Assembly: GCA_030324005.1 (NCBI GenBank)
Contig: JARDVH010000163.1
Span: 102,806,411 to 102,870,410, forward strand
Source of the DNA: Negaprion brevirostris
Lineage: Eukaryota
Direction of reading: 5' to 3'
DNA: 64,000 nt
Positions 12,551 through 24,860 of the stretch are shown in pieces (within the stretch, counting starts at the first letter, position 1; the number at the start of each line of letters is the position of its first letter). The notes beneath the pieces are model-generated. The model saw nothing but the letters and a program-made list of their open reading frames with translations. It did no database searches and was not told the origin of the DNA. The position numbers and the translations under genes are program-made.

Positions 12551-12582
12551 GTCCTGATGAGTAGAAGGTGAAAAGCTTCGAC
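12551..12582 (+). ncRNA. Minimal type-I hammerhead ribozyme motif (Penelope/retrozyme type)
   Basis: GTC-CTGATGA-GTagaagGT-GAAA-AGCT-TC-GAC: full core CUGAUGA/GAAA/UC, stem I GTC:GAC, palindromic AAGCTT stem III. Stem II is only G-U pairs. Confidence 0.6.
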
Positions 12583-14406
12583 AGCACATCTCTTCTTTCA
12601 GCTGATCCTGAAAATGCTTCTAATTTACATTGATATATTCAATTTATTATGAATGTGGAGATTATCTATTTGAAATAACAACATATGCATTTGAAACAAT
12701 ATATTTAGTCATTCTTCTTGGTTTCCACATTTGAAAACTGCTATTTTATAGCAACAGTTTTGACAGTAAGATCAATTCTCATCTACTGTATTTGCCTGGG
12801 TAAAAATTGTCAGTTTCTGTTTTAATTTTAGCCCTTTGTCACATCGAAAGCTGAAAGATAAGGGAGCTGGGGTAGAGTCTGGGGGGAAAAGGAATAAGAG
12901 AGCTATTTCTTGGCATGTTGAAAAACATCTTGACCCACCCTCACTAAAATGAGCTTCGTCATTCTTCACCGCTTTCAAACTTTTCAAAACATGTGTTATC
13001 TCTTTTCCTCTTCTCCTTTAGTTTGCTCCATTAAAGAGATAATATTTCAACTGGAAAATAAATTATGTGCCTTTTTTATGGATGTTGATAGGTATACTAT
13101 ATACTGCCCGCATTGTTTACTTTTGTGATAGGAGTTAGACAAGTTATTTCATCTGCGTTGCCATAGATAAGAACATATCTAATAGGCTAAGCTGGTCACC
13201 TCTTTCACAAAAAGGAACGTGAATATTTAAGAGGACAATGGCATTTCCAAAATACGGTGAAGCACTATTTAAGTGACCTCGTCCTGAGTTCTCTGTCCAA
13301 AGGTAGATCCGACCCATAACGCCATGATTTCCACCCTGAACTGGGTAAGGAGAAAGATCCCGAGTCCACCCCAGCCATGATGGGGATCAAAGACTGCCAA
13401 ACCAATCAGCCCCTAAGGGGTCAGAGTTGCTATAGCAACACACACTTTGGATGCATATTGTGTCCTGGACTGTAGAAAATGATGGAGACTCCAAGTGCTT
13501 TTCATCACATGGCTAATCACAGATCTCTCCCTCTCTTACCACCTGACATTGACTTTTGTTGCAAGTGTTAACCAGTTAATACTCAACTGGTTGGATCACA
13601 TTTTGAACACACCTTCCATGCTGTAAGGTCCTGAGTGGGACTCAAAACCTGAAGGCATGGTTCAGAGGCAGGGATATTATCCACTGTGCTATGATGTCTT
13701 CACCGACATAAAACTTATGTAGTCATTAAAACAGGCTGGAGTTGAGTTCAACACAGTAGATAAAACTGTTGATGTAACACAGACAGAATATTTCAGCTGT
13801 AAACTTGTTTATAATCTTTTTGTGACTCAAAGATCACACTGTTGCAATGGGCTCTGCTGGAAATAACTCTTCAGTGCAAGAAGGTTTTTTTAATTTGTTA
13901 ATGAAAGGCAGTATATTCCATATCCGTATGGTTACATAGACAAATAATTTCCCACTTGTATACTGTAATTATTTAAATAATAATCCAGATGTTATGCTGA
14001 GTTCTTAACTTAGTTGTTTCTTTTAAATAGTCATGCGCCAAAATAAATGTGAAATAGATTAAACCAACTTTTAGGATCTTTCTCAACAAAGACCTATCTA
14101 AAATTAGTTGGCATTACTAAAAAATTCTGCTTAAAATTAAAAACCTCCCAAACTTGAATAATGGAAAACACAAATAATTTCCACTGTATATATTACAAAT
14201 TTTGCTTACTAGCTTTTTTTTCGAAGTATTTCCTGGAAGTAAAAATAACAATAAATGCAATTGGTAATCATTTAGATTATGTTACAAAGAGTCACTTCTA
14301 TAAAATAGGAAGATTTATTTGTCAAAAATAGCCCGTATTTGCAATTGAAACCACCTTTTGAAAATAAAAATGCATCTTTCAAATCCTCAATTAAAAAAAA
14401 AACTCC

Positions 14407-14869
14407 AGGCAGAATTCTCCCAAAAAATTCTTGGTGTTGAATATGTGTGAAAGCTGTAGTAATTCTCACTGGTTTTTCCAATGGGTGTTCAGAGAAGAAT
14501 CTCATGCATTCTGAACTGCAGGGATCACCAACATGAAGATCATTAAATTTTAGGGAGCAGGGCCTATTCCCGCTGAAGAGGCTGAAATCAGAGCACTGAG
14601 CAGACCTCTGCGCCTGCACCAATCTGTTAGTGCCCAGATCGGCGCATGAGCAATGGCCCCACACTGATGGCCTCCCAATTGCTGGTGAGCTCGATTTCTG
14701 CCAACCCTGTGACCCCTGCAACATCGGCTATCTGCCCCACCTACCCACAGCCTGATCGCTGGCCCCCTGACCATTCCCGGACCCAGCCTTGAACCCCCCT
14801 CTGCCCTACCCGAATTTCCAGCCCCGACCCCTTCCTGGCCGTGGGCCGAGCAGCAGGAGTCCCCCCCCC
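14407..14869. mobile_element. GC-rich Harbinger-type MITE, left part (runs into gap)
   Basis: Starts aggcagaattctccc (TIR motif shared with 35514); GC/CpG-rich interior. Confidence 0.55.
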
Positions 14870-14969
14870 NNNNNNNNNNNNNNNNNNNNNNNNNNNNNNN
14901 NNNNNNNNNNNNNNNNNNNNNNNNNNNNNNNNNNNNNNNNNNNNNNNNNNNNNNNNNNNNNNNNNNNNN

Positions 14970-15672
14970 CAAAGGTAGGGGAGTCTAAAACTAGAGGGCA
15001 TAGGTTTAAGGTGAGAGGGGAGAGATATGAAAGTGTCCAGAGGGGCAATTTTTTTCTCAGAAGATCGTGAGTGACTCAACAAGCTGCCAGAGGTAGTAGT
15101 AGAGGCGGGTACAATTTTGTGTTTTGAAAAGCCTTTAGATAGTTATATGGATATGGTGGGTATAGAGGGATTATGGGCCAAATGTGGGCAATTGGGATTA
15201 GCTTAGGAATTTTAAAAAAGAAAGGAGGATGGCATGGACAAATTGGGCTGAGAGGTTTCCATGATGTAAACCTCTATGACCTCTATCAGGTGTAGTGCAC
15301 AGGTTGAACAGGCTGAGCCTTTATCCATTGGAGTATCAAGAGTGAGAGGCGATCTTATTGCAACATATATTGTCCTAAGGGTTCTTAACATGGTGATGAA
15401 AGGATGGGAGAGACTAGAACTAGGGAACACAGTTTAAAAATGAAGTCTCTTGTTTAAGCTAGAGATGAGAGTAAATGTTTTCTCTTTGAGTGTTGTGAAT
15501 CTTTGGAATTCTTTCCCAAGGAATGGTGGAGGCAAGGTCATTGAATACATTTACAACAGAGGCAGATAGATTCTTGATTAACAAGGGGGTAAGTAGAATG
15601 TGGAGTTGAGGTCACAATCAGATCACTCATGGTCGTATTGTTTGGTGGAGCAGGCACAAGGGGCCAAATGGG
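14970..15672 (+). mobile_element. Two adjacent CR1-type LINE 3' fragments
   Basis: KVGESKTRGHRFKVRGERY..RGNFF with a ctctatgac tail (~15285), then a second piece gagaggcgatcttattg...gttgtgaatctttggaattct...ggagcaggcacaagggccaaatgg. Confidence 0.88.
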
Positions 15673-15694
15673 AAGAGACGAAATACAGAAAAAT

Positions 15695-15907
15695 TGGAAC
15701 TGATTTGACTATTGTCATATGTATTAGTGTACAGTGAAAAGTATTGTTCCTTACACAGTATACAGACAAGGCATACTATTCATAGAGAAGGAAAGGAGAG
15801 AGTGCAGAATGTAGTGTTACAGCCATAGCCAGGCTGTAGAGAAAGACGAACTTAGCATGAGGTAGGTCCATTCAAAAGTCTGATGGCAGCAGCGAAGTAG
15901 CTGTTCG
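15695..15907 (-). mobile_element. LINE 3' UTR, probably Rex/Babar type
   Basis: tgatttgactattgtcatatgtattagtgtacagtgaaaagtattg...aaaagtctgatggcagcagcgaagtagctgttc resembles a recalled shark LINE 3' end. Confidence 0.5.
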
Positions 15908-18900
15908 AGGAAGGGCTGGACCTGGAAACAGCCAAGTCCAATTTCTGAAAGGCCAAACTTGAGGTAAGCCTATAATGCTCACTGGGAATTTTCTTCACAG
16001 ACCATATAGACAGTTATACTGGTGAATGCAAGTATTTCTAGTTTATTATCCTGTCAACACTTTCAAGCCTAGAAAATCATATAAATTCAGGGTCTGATTC
16101 CCAGTGAGGGGAAAGCCTCTTGCTAGAATTTAAACCCAAGGTAAGGCCAAGGCCACTCAGCAGACAATTACATGAATTTTCCAGTTGGCAAGGATCCTCC
16201 AATGAGGCTGAATCCCAGGCAATGAAAGGAGGTGGTTTCCTAGTGGCAGACCAGGGGATTGAATTCTCCAGCTGCCTTGTGTAATCTACAATTACCAGAT
16301 TGTTACAGCAATGACCAGCAACTCCATGGAGGGAATCTTTCTCCACAATGACGACCTGGCAGCTGTGGCCTCTTTTTGCCTCAAAGAGTCCTCAGAGTCC
16401 CCATCTTGGGCAACTTTATTTTCTCCTACCCACATCAACATATCCCACCTACGACAGTGGGCAAAGCTGAAGTTGAGGCCTCCTATTGGTCCTTCAGCCT
16501 CAGGATATCACTCACCATTCTTAATTGGGCAGCAAGCACACACATTGGTCTCCATTTAGCCTTCTCACTAAAACTTAATTGGACATCAAGTATCACTGCA
16601 ACATATGACTGGGGCCTAGAAGAGTATCTAACTCAATGCCAGAACAAAATTTTAGCCCTATGTGTTCATTACATGAGTGCATGGTTGAGGGTGACATGTA
16701 AAAGTGAGATCTTTTACATCCATCTCTGGAGCAGACACTAAGTCAAATGGCTGACTTCTACCCCTATTTTGTATGTTTCTGTCTGAACCAGCATGCTGAA
16801 TTTTGGTTTAACTTCATGTTTGAAGTTGAACAGGCCATATTCCTTGGGTCAGCAGTCAACTGTTAACTTGGGGTTGGAGTTTGAATCTAAAACCTATGGA
16901 CAAGTTGAGGGCAGGATCTACTTTGCCAAGCTCATTTTACACATATTTGATTACAATTTTTTTTACTCCATCCCACCCTGTTATACTTTGATACTCCTAA
17001 AACAAAGAGATTTTCCTGCAAAGTTCCATTGTGGAACATGTTTCTTCCAAGATAACCAAATCAGATATTAGCACCACCAAAAATATGGTATATTTGTTCA
17101 TAAATTAGTTACACAATTGCTTCAAAGCCTTAGAGTAAAACAAGGAAGCACTTCCCTTCACACAGTGCCTTGGGTTGGCTTGTTGCCTCATTAGTCCACT
17201 TAATGGCTTCCTGTCTGAGGCCATTTCCCCTTGGAATAAATAGAAACAGGGAGAGGCAAGCAGAGATATTAAAATGCGCAACTTAAAAGTCCTGCTAATA
17301 TGCAGCTTTCTGCTTCCCAAACAGTTAATGTTTCATTTATAAATCTTATGTCCTTTACACTGCAAAGTGATAAACTTAAAATATTTGTGTACATATTTGT
17401 ATTAAGTGTTAATGATCCATGAAAATATGAAAACGATACTGTTCTGTTTTCTTTAATGATTTTTTGGTTTCAAACCTTAGCTGTCAATTTTGCAACATTT
17501 TATTATGTCTTAAATTATCATATTTTATGGAGGTATATAAACAGAATGAAATGAAATTCAACATTCTACCAAAGAAAATTCATCTTGGAATAGTTGTACA
17601 GTTTCAGCTGATCAAAGTTTTTAAAAGAACATCTTACCCCACCAAAAGAGAACATTTCTAATGCTGAAAGCCTGCCAAGAATCAATATAAGAATAATAGG
17701 TTGCACACATTGACCCGGATATTGCAGCCAGCTGCAAACGTAATGCGTTTGCAGCTGACACCAAAGTATGCTGCCCACAAAGATCGAGCCGCCTCTGTGG
17801 TGTGGATTTTCTGTGTTAGTTTGAATCTGCTGCCAAATTTCTCCTCAAGAATAGAGCAAAAGTGATGTCAGCAGAGCAAATTGCCACTTACACAGATGTA
17901 CTATCACAAACAAGAAATCAGGAAGTAAGAGGCACCAATTGTCCTTCACTTTTTAACATCATTTTGCAGAGAACATAATAAATGACTTAGGTATACACAT
18001 TTGAAGCCATGAACTCAGTGAATGGCAGAAGGGGTTTCAGAGGCTAAATAGTCTANNNNNNNNNNNNNNNNNNNNNNNNNNNNNNNNNNNNNNNNNNNNN
18101 NNNNNNNNNNNNNNNNNNNNNNNNNNNNNNNNNNNNNNNNNNNNNNNNNNNNNNNTAGTCTACTTCAGTTCTTACATTCTTAAATATCACAAACAGATTT
18201 TTTTTTGGATCACAAACCTTCAGAATGGAAACTTAAAAACACAAATATTAAATTAGTTTTCCAGGGTCAGAGAGGTCTTCAGCGTAGCAGACTGTTTAAG
18301 AACCTCAGTTACACCTCATCAACACTGCTAACCTTTCAGGGGGTCTTAAGCAATGATATTACAACATAAAACGGGGAATTGTCCTCAGTTCAGTGACTTC
18401 TAATAGATTGCAGCGTGCAGGGACATCATGAAATGTAAAAGCATGGAATCACTGACAAATTCTTGCATTTAACTGTGCAGGTGTCGACTCAAAAAAGGAA
18501 TGATGATGGCAAACATGAGCTATTTTGGCAATATAACTACGACAAAATTCTACAATGAAAAAAAGTTCCCCTTTCACCCCAGCTTGAAAAGATTCAGGAA
18601 ATGGATCTTAATATTTACTCCTAGCGATAATAGCCAGGAGTGTAACAAGTAATGAAGCTGGAAGTGGCATTAATTTTTGTCCACAAGGGGGACAAGCTGA
18701 AACAGACTTCAAACAGTGACTCTCCGTATAAACTTCATATCTAGAAGTTGCTAACTGAAAATATATACTCAACATTTTAAATTTGCCACTTCAGCACCAA
18801 GATCAATAAATCAAAAGTGATTTACTTTTTCTAAAAGAGAAAGCTGCATGTTTGTAAAATGCTGCACGTAACAATTCTGCTTGTTTTTTATTTTAACTTA

Positions 18901-19169
18901 GTCAAAGAGGAAACAGTATGTATGCTGCAAATTAAAACCAAATTATGGGGTCTTTGTAAAGTCATGGCTACCTGTTTACTTATGGTCCACTGTGTGGGAA
19001 GACCATGACGTACTCTCATTTCATTCACACTAAAGGACCATTCTGGTGTGGTTTAAAATTTCCTGATTTCATATTAAATTCCCAAGAACCGCTGTGTACT
19101 TATAAAAGAATCTCAAATAACTCAAAATAGCAATGCTAATTTTTAGATGAGGTTGGGCCAATGTGTGAA

Positions 19170-19558
19170 ATCTATACTTAAACTGGCTCGTCCTTCGCTG
19201 TCACTGGGTCAAAATCCTAGAATTGTGGCTGTACCTTTACCACGTGGGCTGGGGCAGTTCAAGAAGATGGCTCACAAACCCCTTCTCAATTATGGTGGGC
19301 AATTAACCCATTCATTAACCCGCATTACTCAAAGGTGTTAAAGCATATGGGAAAAGTGTAGGATTTAGTTATGAGCCAGGATTGCCCCTCGTACAAAGGC
19401 GTGTAGGTTAAGGGGCTTAGCAGGGTATATGTTACAGGATTACAGGGATAGGACGGCAAGCGGGGGCGGGGGGGGCCTTGGCAAAATTTCCTGTTGGAGA
19501 GTCTGTACAGATGCGATGGGCTGAATGGTTTCCTTCTGCACTCTAGGGATTCTATGAT
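19170..19558 (+). mobile_element. LINE tail fragment (~19170-19310) plus 3' half of an HE1/V-SINE (~19395-19558)
   Basis: cagttcaagaagatggctcacaaacccttctcaa; then cagatgcgatgggctgaatggtttccttctgcactctagggattctatga. Confidence 0.75.
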
Positions 19559-19734
19559 CATGTTGCTTGGTCTAATGTTTCTTCTATTTTCTATGTTTCT
19601 ATCTTGTAAAAAGGTAGTAAAAGGAAATAAAATCTGAAATTATAGCTCTGTTCCTCTTGTTAGGGACCAGATCGAAACTCCAAGATATGTTATGAAGTTC
19701 ATAGACCCCAGCTTTTAATTTTTGGCATCATAAA

Positions 19735-20200
19735 AACATAAGAACATAAGAAATAGGAGCAGGAGTAGGCCATTGAGCCCTTCCAGCCTGCCCCGCCATT
19801 CAATAAGATCATGGATAATCTAAAGTAACTCAGTTCCACTTTCCCGTTTCTCCCCATAACCCTTAATCCCCTTGCCTACCAAAAACCTATCTATCCGCGT
19901 CTTAAATATATTTAGCGAGGGAGCCTCCACCACTTCAACAGGCAGAGAATTCCAGAGATTCACCACCCTTTGAGTGAAGAAGTTCCTCCTCAACTCTGNN
20001 NNNNNNNNNNNNNNNNNNNNNNNNNNNNNNNNNNNNNNNNNNNNNNNNNNNNNNNNNNNNNNNNNNNNNNNNNNNNNNNNNNNNNNNNNNNNNNNNNNCA
20101 CTGCACCATAACTTCAAAACCATTCCGCCCACACCAATCCCTGAGCCACCCATTCACCTCTTTAATCCTAACTACCCTACGCCCATCTGCACATGGCAAG
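19735..20200 (-). mobile_element. CR1-type LINE: young 3' end, gap, then ORF1 esterase fragment
   Basis: aacataag tail; ELRRNFFTQRVVNLWNSLPVEVVEAPSLNIFKTRIDRFL; after the gap RIKEVNGWLRDWCGRNGF. Confidence 0.9.
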
Positions 20201-20654
20201 CATAAGGTATTTGCTCTAGGTATGATTTGATTGACCCACTAGGAAGCTTCTTAAAACAAATTTTAATCACACAACACAGTTCAAATATAACAAAAATAAT
20301 TAGCATAACTTTTACCAATTAAAATATCTAAACATAAGACATAATTCTTAACAGCTATCACTATAGTTCCAATTTAAGCAATATTCCAATAGATATAAAT
20401 CCGACTACAGAACCAATTAGCACCCAAAACAAATACACTCGCATGGATGCTAGATTTCCAGCCTTTTAAACTCTCTGAACAGACATAGAAAAACACCTGC
20501 CTCCTCTGTGCCCACTCCAGCAGGGGGCAGTCTCCAGAGAAAGCTCTACGTTCAAGCAGCAGAACTTCTGAGAAAGAGACCTATTTCCTGGCAGATCCCA
20601 GTCTCCAAATTCAGAGAAGGAAAGAAACAGACAGTGAGCTATTTCTTCTCTTTG

Positions 20655-20975
20655 CGGAAGGTGATGGACTATTGTTTTATCACTAGACTATTAATCCAAA
20701 AACTCAGCTAATGTTCTGGGGACCCAGGTTTGAATCCTGCCACTGCATAGCGGAATTTGAATTCAGTGAAAAAAGGAACTAAAAATCTACGAAATGACAA
20801 TGAAACCATTGTCAATTATCAGAAAAAAACGCATCTGGTTCATTACTGTTCTTTAGAGATGGAAATCTGTCATCCTTACCTGGTCTGGACTACATGTGAC
20901 TCCAGAGCCTCAGCAATGTGGCTGACTCTCAACTGCCCTCGGGCATTTAGGGATGGGCAATAAATGCTAACCAGC
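20655..20975 (+). mobile_element. tRNA-derived SINE with LINE-derived tail
   Basis: B-box-like ggtttgaatcc, body catctggttca...ccttacctggtctgg.ctacatgtgactccag, tail agggatgggcaataaatgct; second copy at 34130-34485. Confidence 0.85.
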
Positions 20976-21592
20976 NNNNNNNNNNNNNNNNNNNNNNNNN
21001 NNNNNNNNNNNNNNNNNNNNNNNNNNNNNNNNNNNNNNNNNNNNNNNNNNNNNNNNNNNNNNNNNNNNNNNNNNNNNNNNNNNNNNNNNNNNNNNNNNNN
21101 NNNNNNNNNNNNNNNNNNNNNNNNNNNNNNNNNNNNNNNNNNNNNNNNNNNNNNNNNNNNNNNNNNNNNNNNNNNNNNNNNNNNNNNNNNNNNNNNNNNN
21201 NNNNNNNNNNNNNNNNNNNNNNNNNNNNNNNNNNNNNNNNNNNNNNNNNNNNNNNNNNNNNNNNNNNNNNNNNNNNNNNNNNNNNNNNNNNNNNNNNNNN
21301 NNNNNNNNNNNNNNNNNNNNNNNNNNNNNNNNNNNNNNNNNNNNNNNNNNNNNNNNNNNNNNNNNNNNNNNNNNNNNNNNNNNNNNNNNNNNNNNNNNNN
21401 NNNNNNNNNNNNNNNNNNNNNNNNNNNNNNNNNNNNNNNNNNNNNNNNNNNNNNNNNNNNNNNNNNNNNNNNNNNNNNNNNNNNNNNNNNNNNNNNNNNN
21501 NNNNNNNNNNNNNNNNNNNNNNNNNNNNNNNNNNNNNNNNNNNNNNNNNNNNNNNNNNNNNNNNNNNNNNNNNNNNNNNNNNNNNNNNNNNN

Positions 21593-21670
21593 CGGTTGGA
21601 CTAAAACCTGGTGTTGTCAGACTTTTTACTGTGTTTATCCCAGTCCAACGCCGGCATACCCACATCATAA
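21593..21670 (+). mobile_element. Penelope-type terminal repeat end (same family as 4755-4960)
   Basis: gttggactaaaacctggtgttgtcagactttttactgtg...ccagtccaacgccggcat. Confidence 0.65.
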
Positions 21671-23079
21671 TTTCCCCAGCTGCAGAGTAGTCCAGTGCTC
21701 CAAGGGGAAGCTGCCAGCTTCTGAGAGCTGGCCTCCCTTTGAGGTTTCTCAAATGCCAAGTTGCCTCAGCAGCGCGTCCCTGGTGGCATTACCAAGGCTT
21801 CAGAGCTGGCAGCAGAATCGGGAGCCGTGACAGCAAGCCCTGAGGCAGCCAATCAGGAGGCCCTTCTATTCAGTTCCACCAACGGGTTCACAAAGTCTGC
21901 AGAAAAATCCTGCCTGTTAAGTTAGAGTTGGGGCTTAACTCTGTGCAGAAACAAAGCAAAATCCCTTGAAGGAGATAGTCTTCACTGCTGGGGTTTGGAG
22001 TGCTGCCATGGTCTAGAGTCTAACTGGATTTTTAAAAAACTACTCAGGAGGTCCCTTGGTACTCTTATGCCCAACAGAATTTAATTTAAATGCTGAGTAC
22101 CCAAGCTTCCGACCATGTTCTTAAAATATTAAAATTTTAACTTGCTGGTAGAAGGCTGTAAGCAACTTGAATAGTGCATTCTCTTGAGTCATGCCAATAA
22201 ACAGTGCTGCAATACCAATGTAAATATTCTGTCTCTAGATCCACTGATGGTAATTCTATATTAACTTTCAAGTACAAAAGTTTAAATCACATTCTTAATT
22301 CAAATACAAACAGTTTATTTCTAACTTAAGGCAGCAAACCAATATCTCCCAATAAGGTGATGTTTGACACATTTGGTACAGTATTACCTTATTAGCAATT
22401 AAATTTTTCCAAGCAACTGACAGCCATCAAAATTGATTTCATAACGTTCATTTACATCACTTATGAGACAGAAGTTTCAAAACTAATTATAAAATGTATG
22501 CNNNNNNNNNNTTTATCTGGAACCTGGCACCTCACATGCTGAAAATGCAATGCAGGCTAATGACTTAGCTAGGGATGTGTTTGTTTTAATCTGAGCAAAT
22601 GCATTTTTGTATATTTAATTTCATCCCAGAATGGTGGTTGAAATAGCAGCCGTGTACTTAGAGTTGCGTTCCTGCCAATGCTTCTACCTATCATTATTTG
22701 ATTGGAACAAGAATTCATCACAGATAGGTAGGGTCCAAAGATCAGTGTCCTGAGCATTTTAACTGAAAATTGCACAAGTCTTGCCCAGTAGCTTATCTGT
22801 CAGCAACACCTGGAATCATTGGTTTCTCAACAGATACTCTGTTGCAGGTCAATAGATTGCAGGATAATTTTTGTGTCTGGTTTTCCAGGACAGTTTTTCC
22901 AGCTGCTAGATTGCTTTTCCTTTTGCCGAATAACCCCACGGTAAGCTTTCTGCTTTCACGGGTACTACTTTTGCTCATTTCATTTGCATGGAGGGACCAC
23001 AGCCTCAATGTCGGAGGCCACATGCAGAGTAAACTTGCTAAAAGTCACTTCTATCCAAGCAGCTGAAGAAATAACCAGT

Positions 23080-23290
23080 TTGGGAGACAGGATTTGTGGT
23101 GGGCTGAACAGGATGGCTTTGGTCTTCCTGATACTTAACTGGAAGAAATTGTAACTCTACGAAGACCAGACTGTCAGCACAATGGTAATGGACAGTTTCA
23201 GTGAGCTACAGAAAGCATATGTGGGGAAGCTGCCCCCATGTATGTGGTGCTATGGTGAAGTGGCAGTATATGACGAAGAGCAGGCATCCC
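23080..23290 (-). mobile_element. L2-clade LINE RT fragment
   Basis: LFVIY...HGGSFPTYA and NFFQLSIRKTKAILFSP, like L2 NFLQLN..KTE.I.FGP. Confidence 0.7.
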
Positions 23291-23726
23291 AATAATACAT
23301 TTTTGGAGATTACTGGAAACAAAAGAAACTCTGTTGTTGAAGATGCTCTGTTTATAATCGCTTTTTATTCCTCCACAGATTTTTGAGTGAATGGAAATGA
23401 TCTTACTGGCTTGCCCAGCCAGCCATTGGTGTGGCAAGCCGCTAAAATCGGGAAAGAGGTGAAAAATAGGGTTTGTGATGGGCTTTTTCCTTANNNNNNN
23501 NNNNNNNNNNNNNNNNNNNNNNNNNNNNNNNNNNNNNNNNNNNNNNNNNNNNNNNNNNNNNNNNNNNNNNNNNNNNNNNNNNNNNNNNNNNNNGCGTCTG
23601 CTCTATCAAGCAATTCCCCTCAAGATGCCTCGCTATTTCCTCAAAGGAGACCATTCAGCCCATCGAGTCTGCACTGACTCTCCAAAAGTGCATTCAGGTG
23701 CTTAAGATGGTGGAGACAGATGACAA

Positions 23727-23985
23727 TCTAAAATTGCTGAACTTAATGTTGAGTCCAGAGGGCTGCAACGTGCCCAAGTGGAAGATGAGATATTGCTTGC
23801 GCAAGCTTCACTGAAGCATTGCAGCAGATCAAGCACAGATACACGGGCATGAGAGCAAGGTGCTGAGTTAAAATGGCAAGCAACAGGAAGGCTGGGGTTA
23901 TGCTTATGGACTGAGCAAAGTGTTCCATAAAGCAGTGACCAAGTCTGTGTTTAGTCTCCAGTGTAGAGGAAGCCTTGTTGGGGGT
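23727..23985 (-). mobile_element. Penelope-like element GIY-YIG endonuclease C-terminal relic
   Basis: With frameshifts: YTG/ETKHRLGHCFMEH..SVHKHNPSLPVACHFNS..SHA...YLIFHLGTLQPSGLNIKFSNFR, like PLE YIGET.R.L..RF.EH...VA.HFN...I..LGTL.P.GLN. Confidence 0.88.
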
Positions 23986-24224
23986 GATGAATACACTCAA
24001 AAATCATGCTCGGTAGTATTTTCCCTAGTCATATCACTACTCCCTTGTTAGAGAAGAAAAGAATAAAAGTAAATAATGTGCTTTTGGTCCCGATGGCTCA
24101 CAGGGGAATGGTAGCCAGAACATTAATAGAAATCCTACTCCTCTTCATATAGTGTTTGGGGATTATTAGCACTGAAACATCTGAACAGGTCTCTGAGCAT
24201 AAGATGGTAAACGTGAAAGGAGGA

Positions 24225-24860
24225 TGTCTCCCATTTAGATTAAGTGCTGTGTCTCCTGCTGCAGAGGCCAGTGGGAAAACACACTAAATCTTCCAGCATC
24301 AACCTCACTAATTATGCACCTGGCATTTAACGTCATATTCTGTGGTTGGGCAGGCATGATGGCACAAGTCTTGCCATCATATCTGGGTGCCATATTGAAC
24401 AGGTGCCCAAGATCACCTACCCACAATTGAAGAAAGAAGATGGATCTCCCAGAACACTGAAGCTGGAAGAGGGACCTCTTCAATGACACTATGTCTGGAG
24501 CATTCCACCTGTAGATGCTCACCCACTCACTGCTGTGGTGTTCCATTGTACAGCGTTGCTAATGGCCTCCATTCTGAATTCTAGAGGCAGCCTATGCCAA
24601 TGTTCAGTGAATTCAGACTTCTGCACACTGTATTTTTCCAGATATGTTCTGTGCCAGCATGTTTCGTGCTGGTATCATGGGGAATTGGCATTGGCGGAAG
24701 ACTCTGATTGGGCCGTGCATCAGCATCCTATTAGCAGGATGCAAATCTATTTCATGTCTGTCTCCAGAGGATGTCCCCATGGCAGACACCAGCAGAGGAT
24801 CCCGCAGAAAATTCATACCGTTGAAGCCAATTGTTGGATTCCTTCTGAGTTCTTTCCCAT
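24225..24860. mobile_element. Harbinger-type non-autonomous element (family A)
   Basis: Colinear similarity with 35514-36200 and 7886-8630. Confidence 0.65.

Noticed and set aside
21680-21710. EHW-like codons on the minus strand as possible PTPRG exon 3
   Set aside because: The surrounding translation does not match AYGPEHW...QSPIDI and the site lies in a repeat.
20964-21830. Long ORFs in the supplied track (also near 33042-33888, 40038-40740, 49945-50752, 57102-57497)
   Set aside because: Their length comes from N runs translated as X; no coding evidence.
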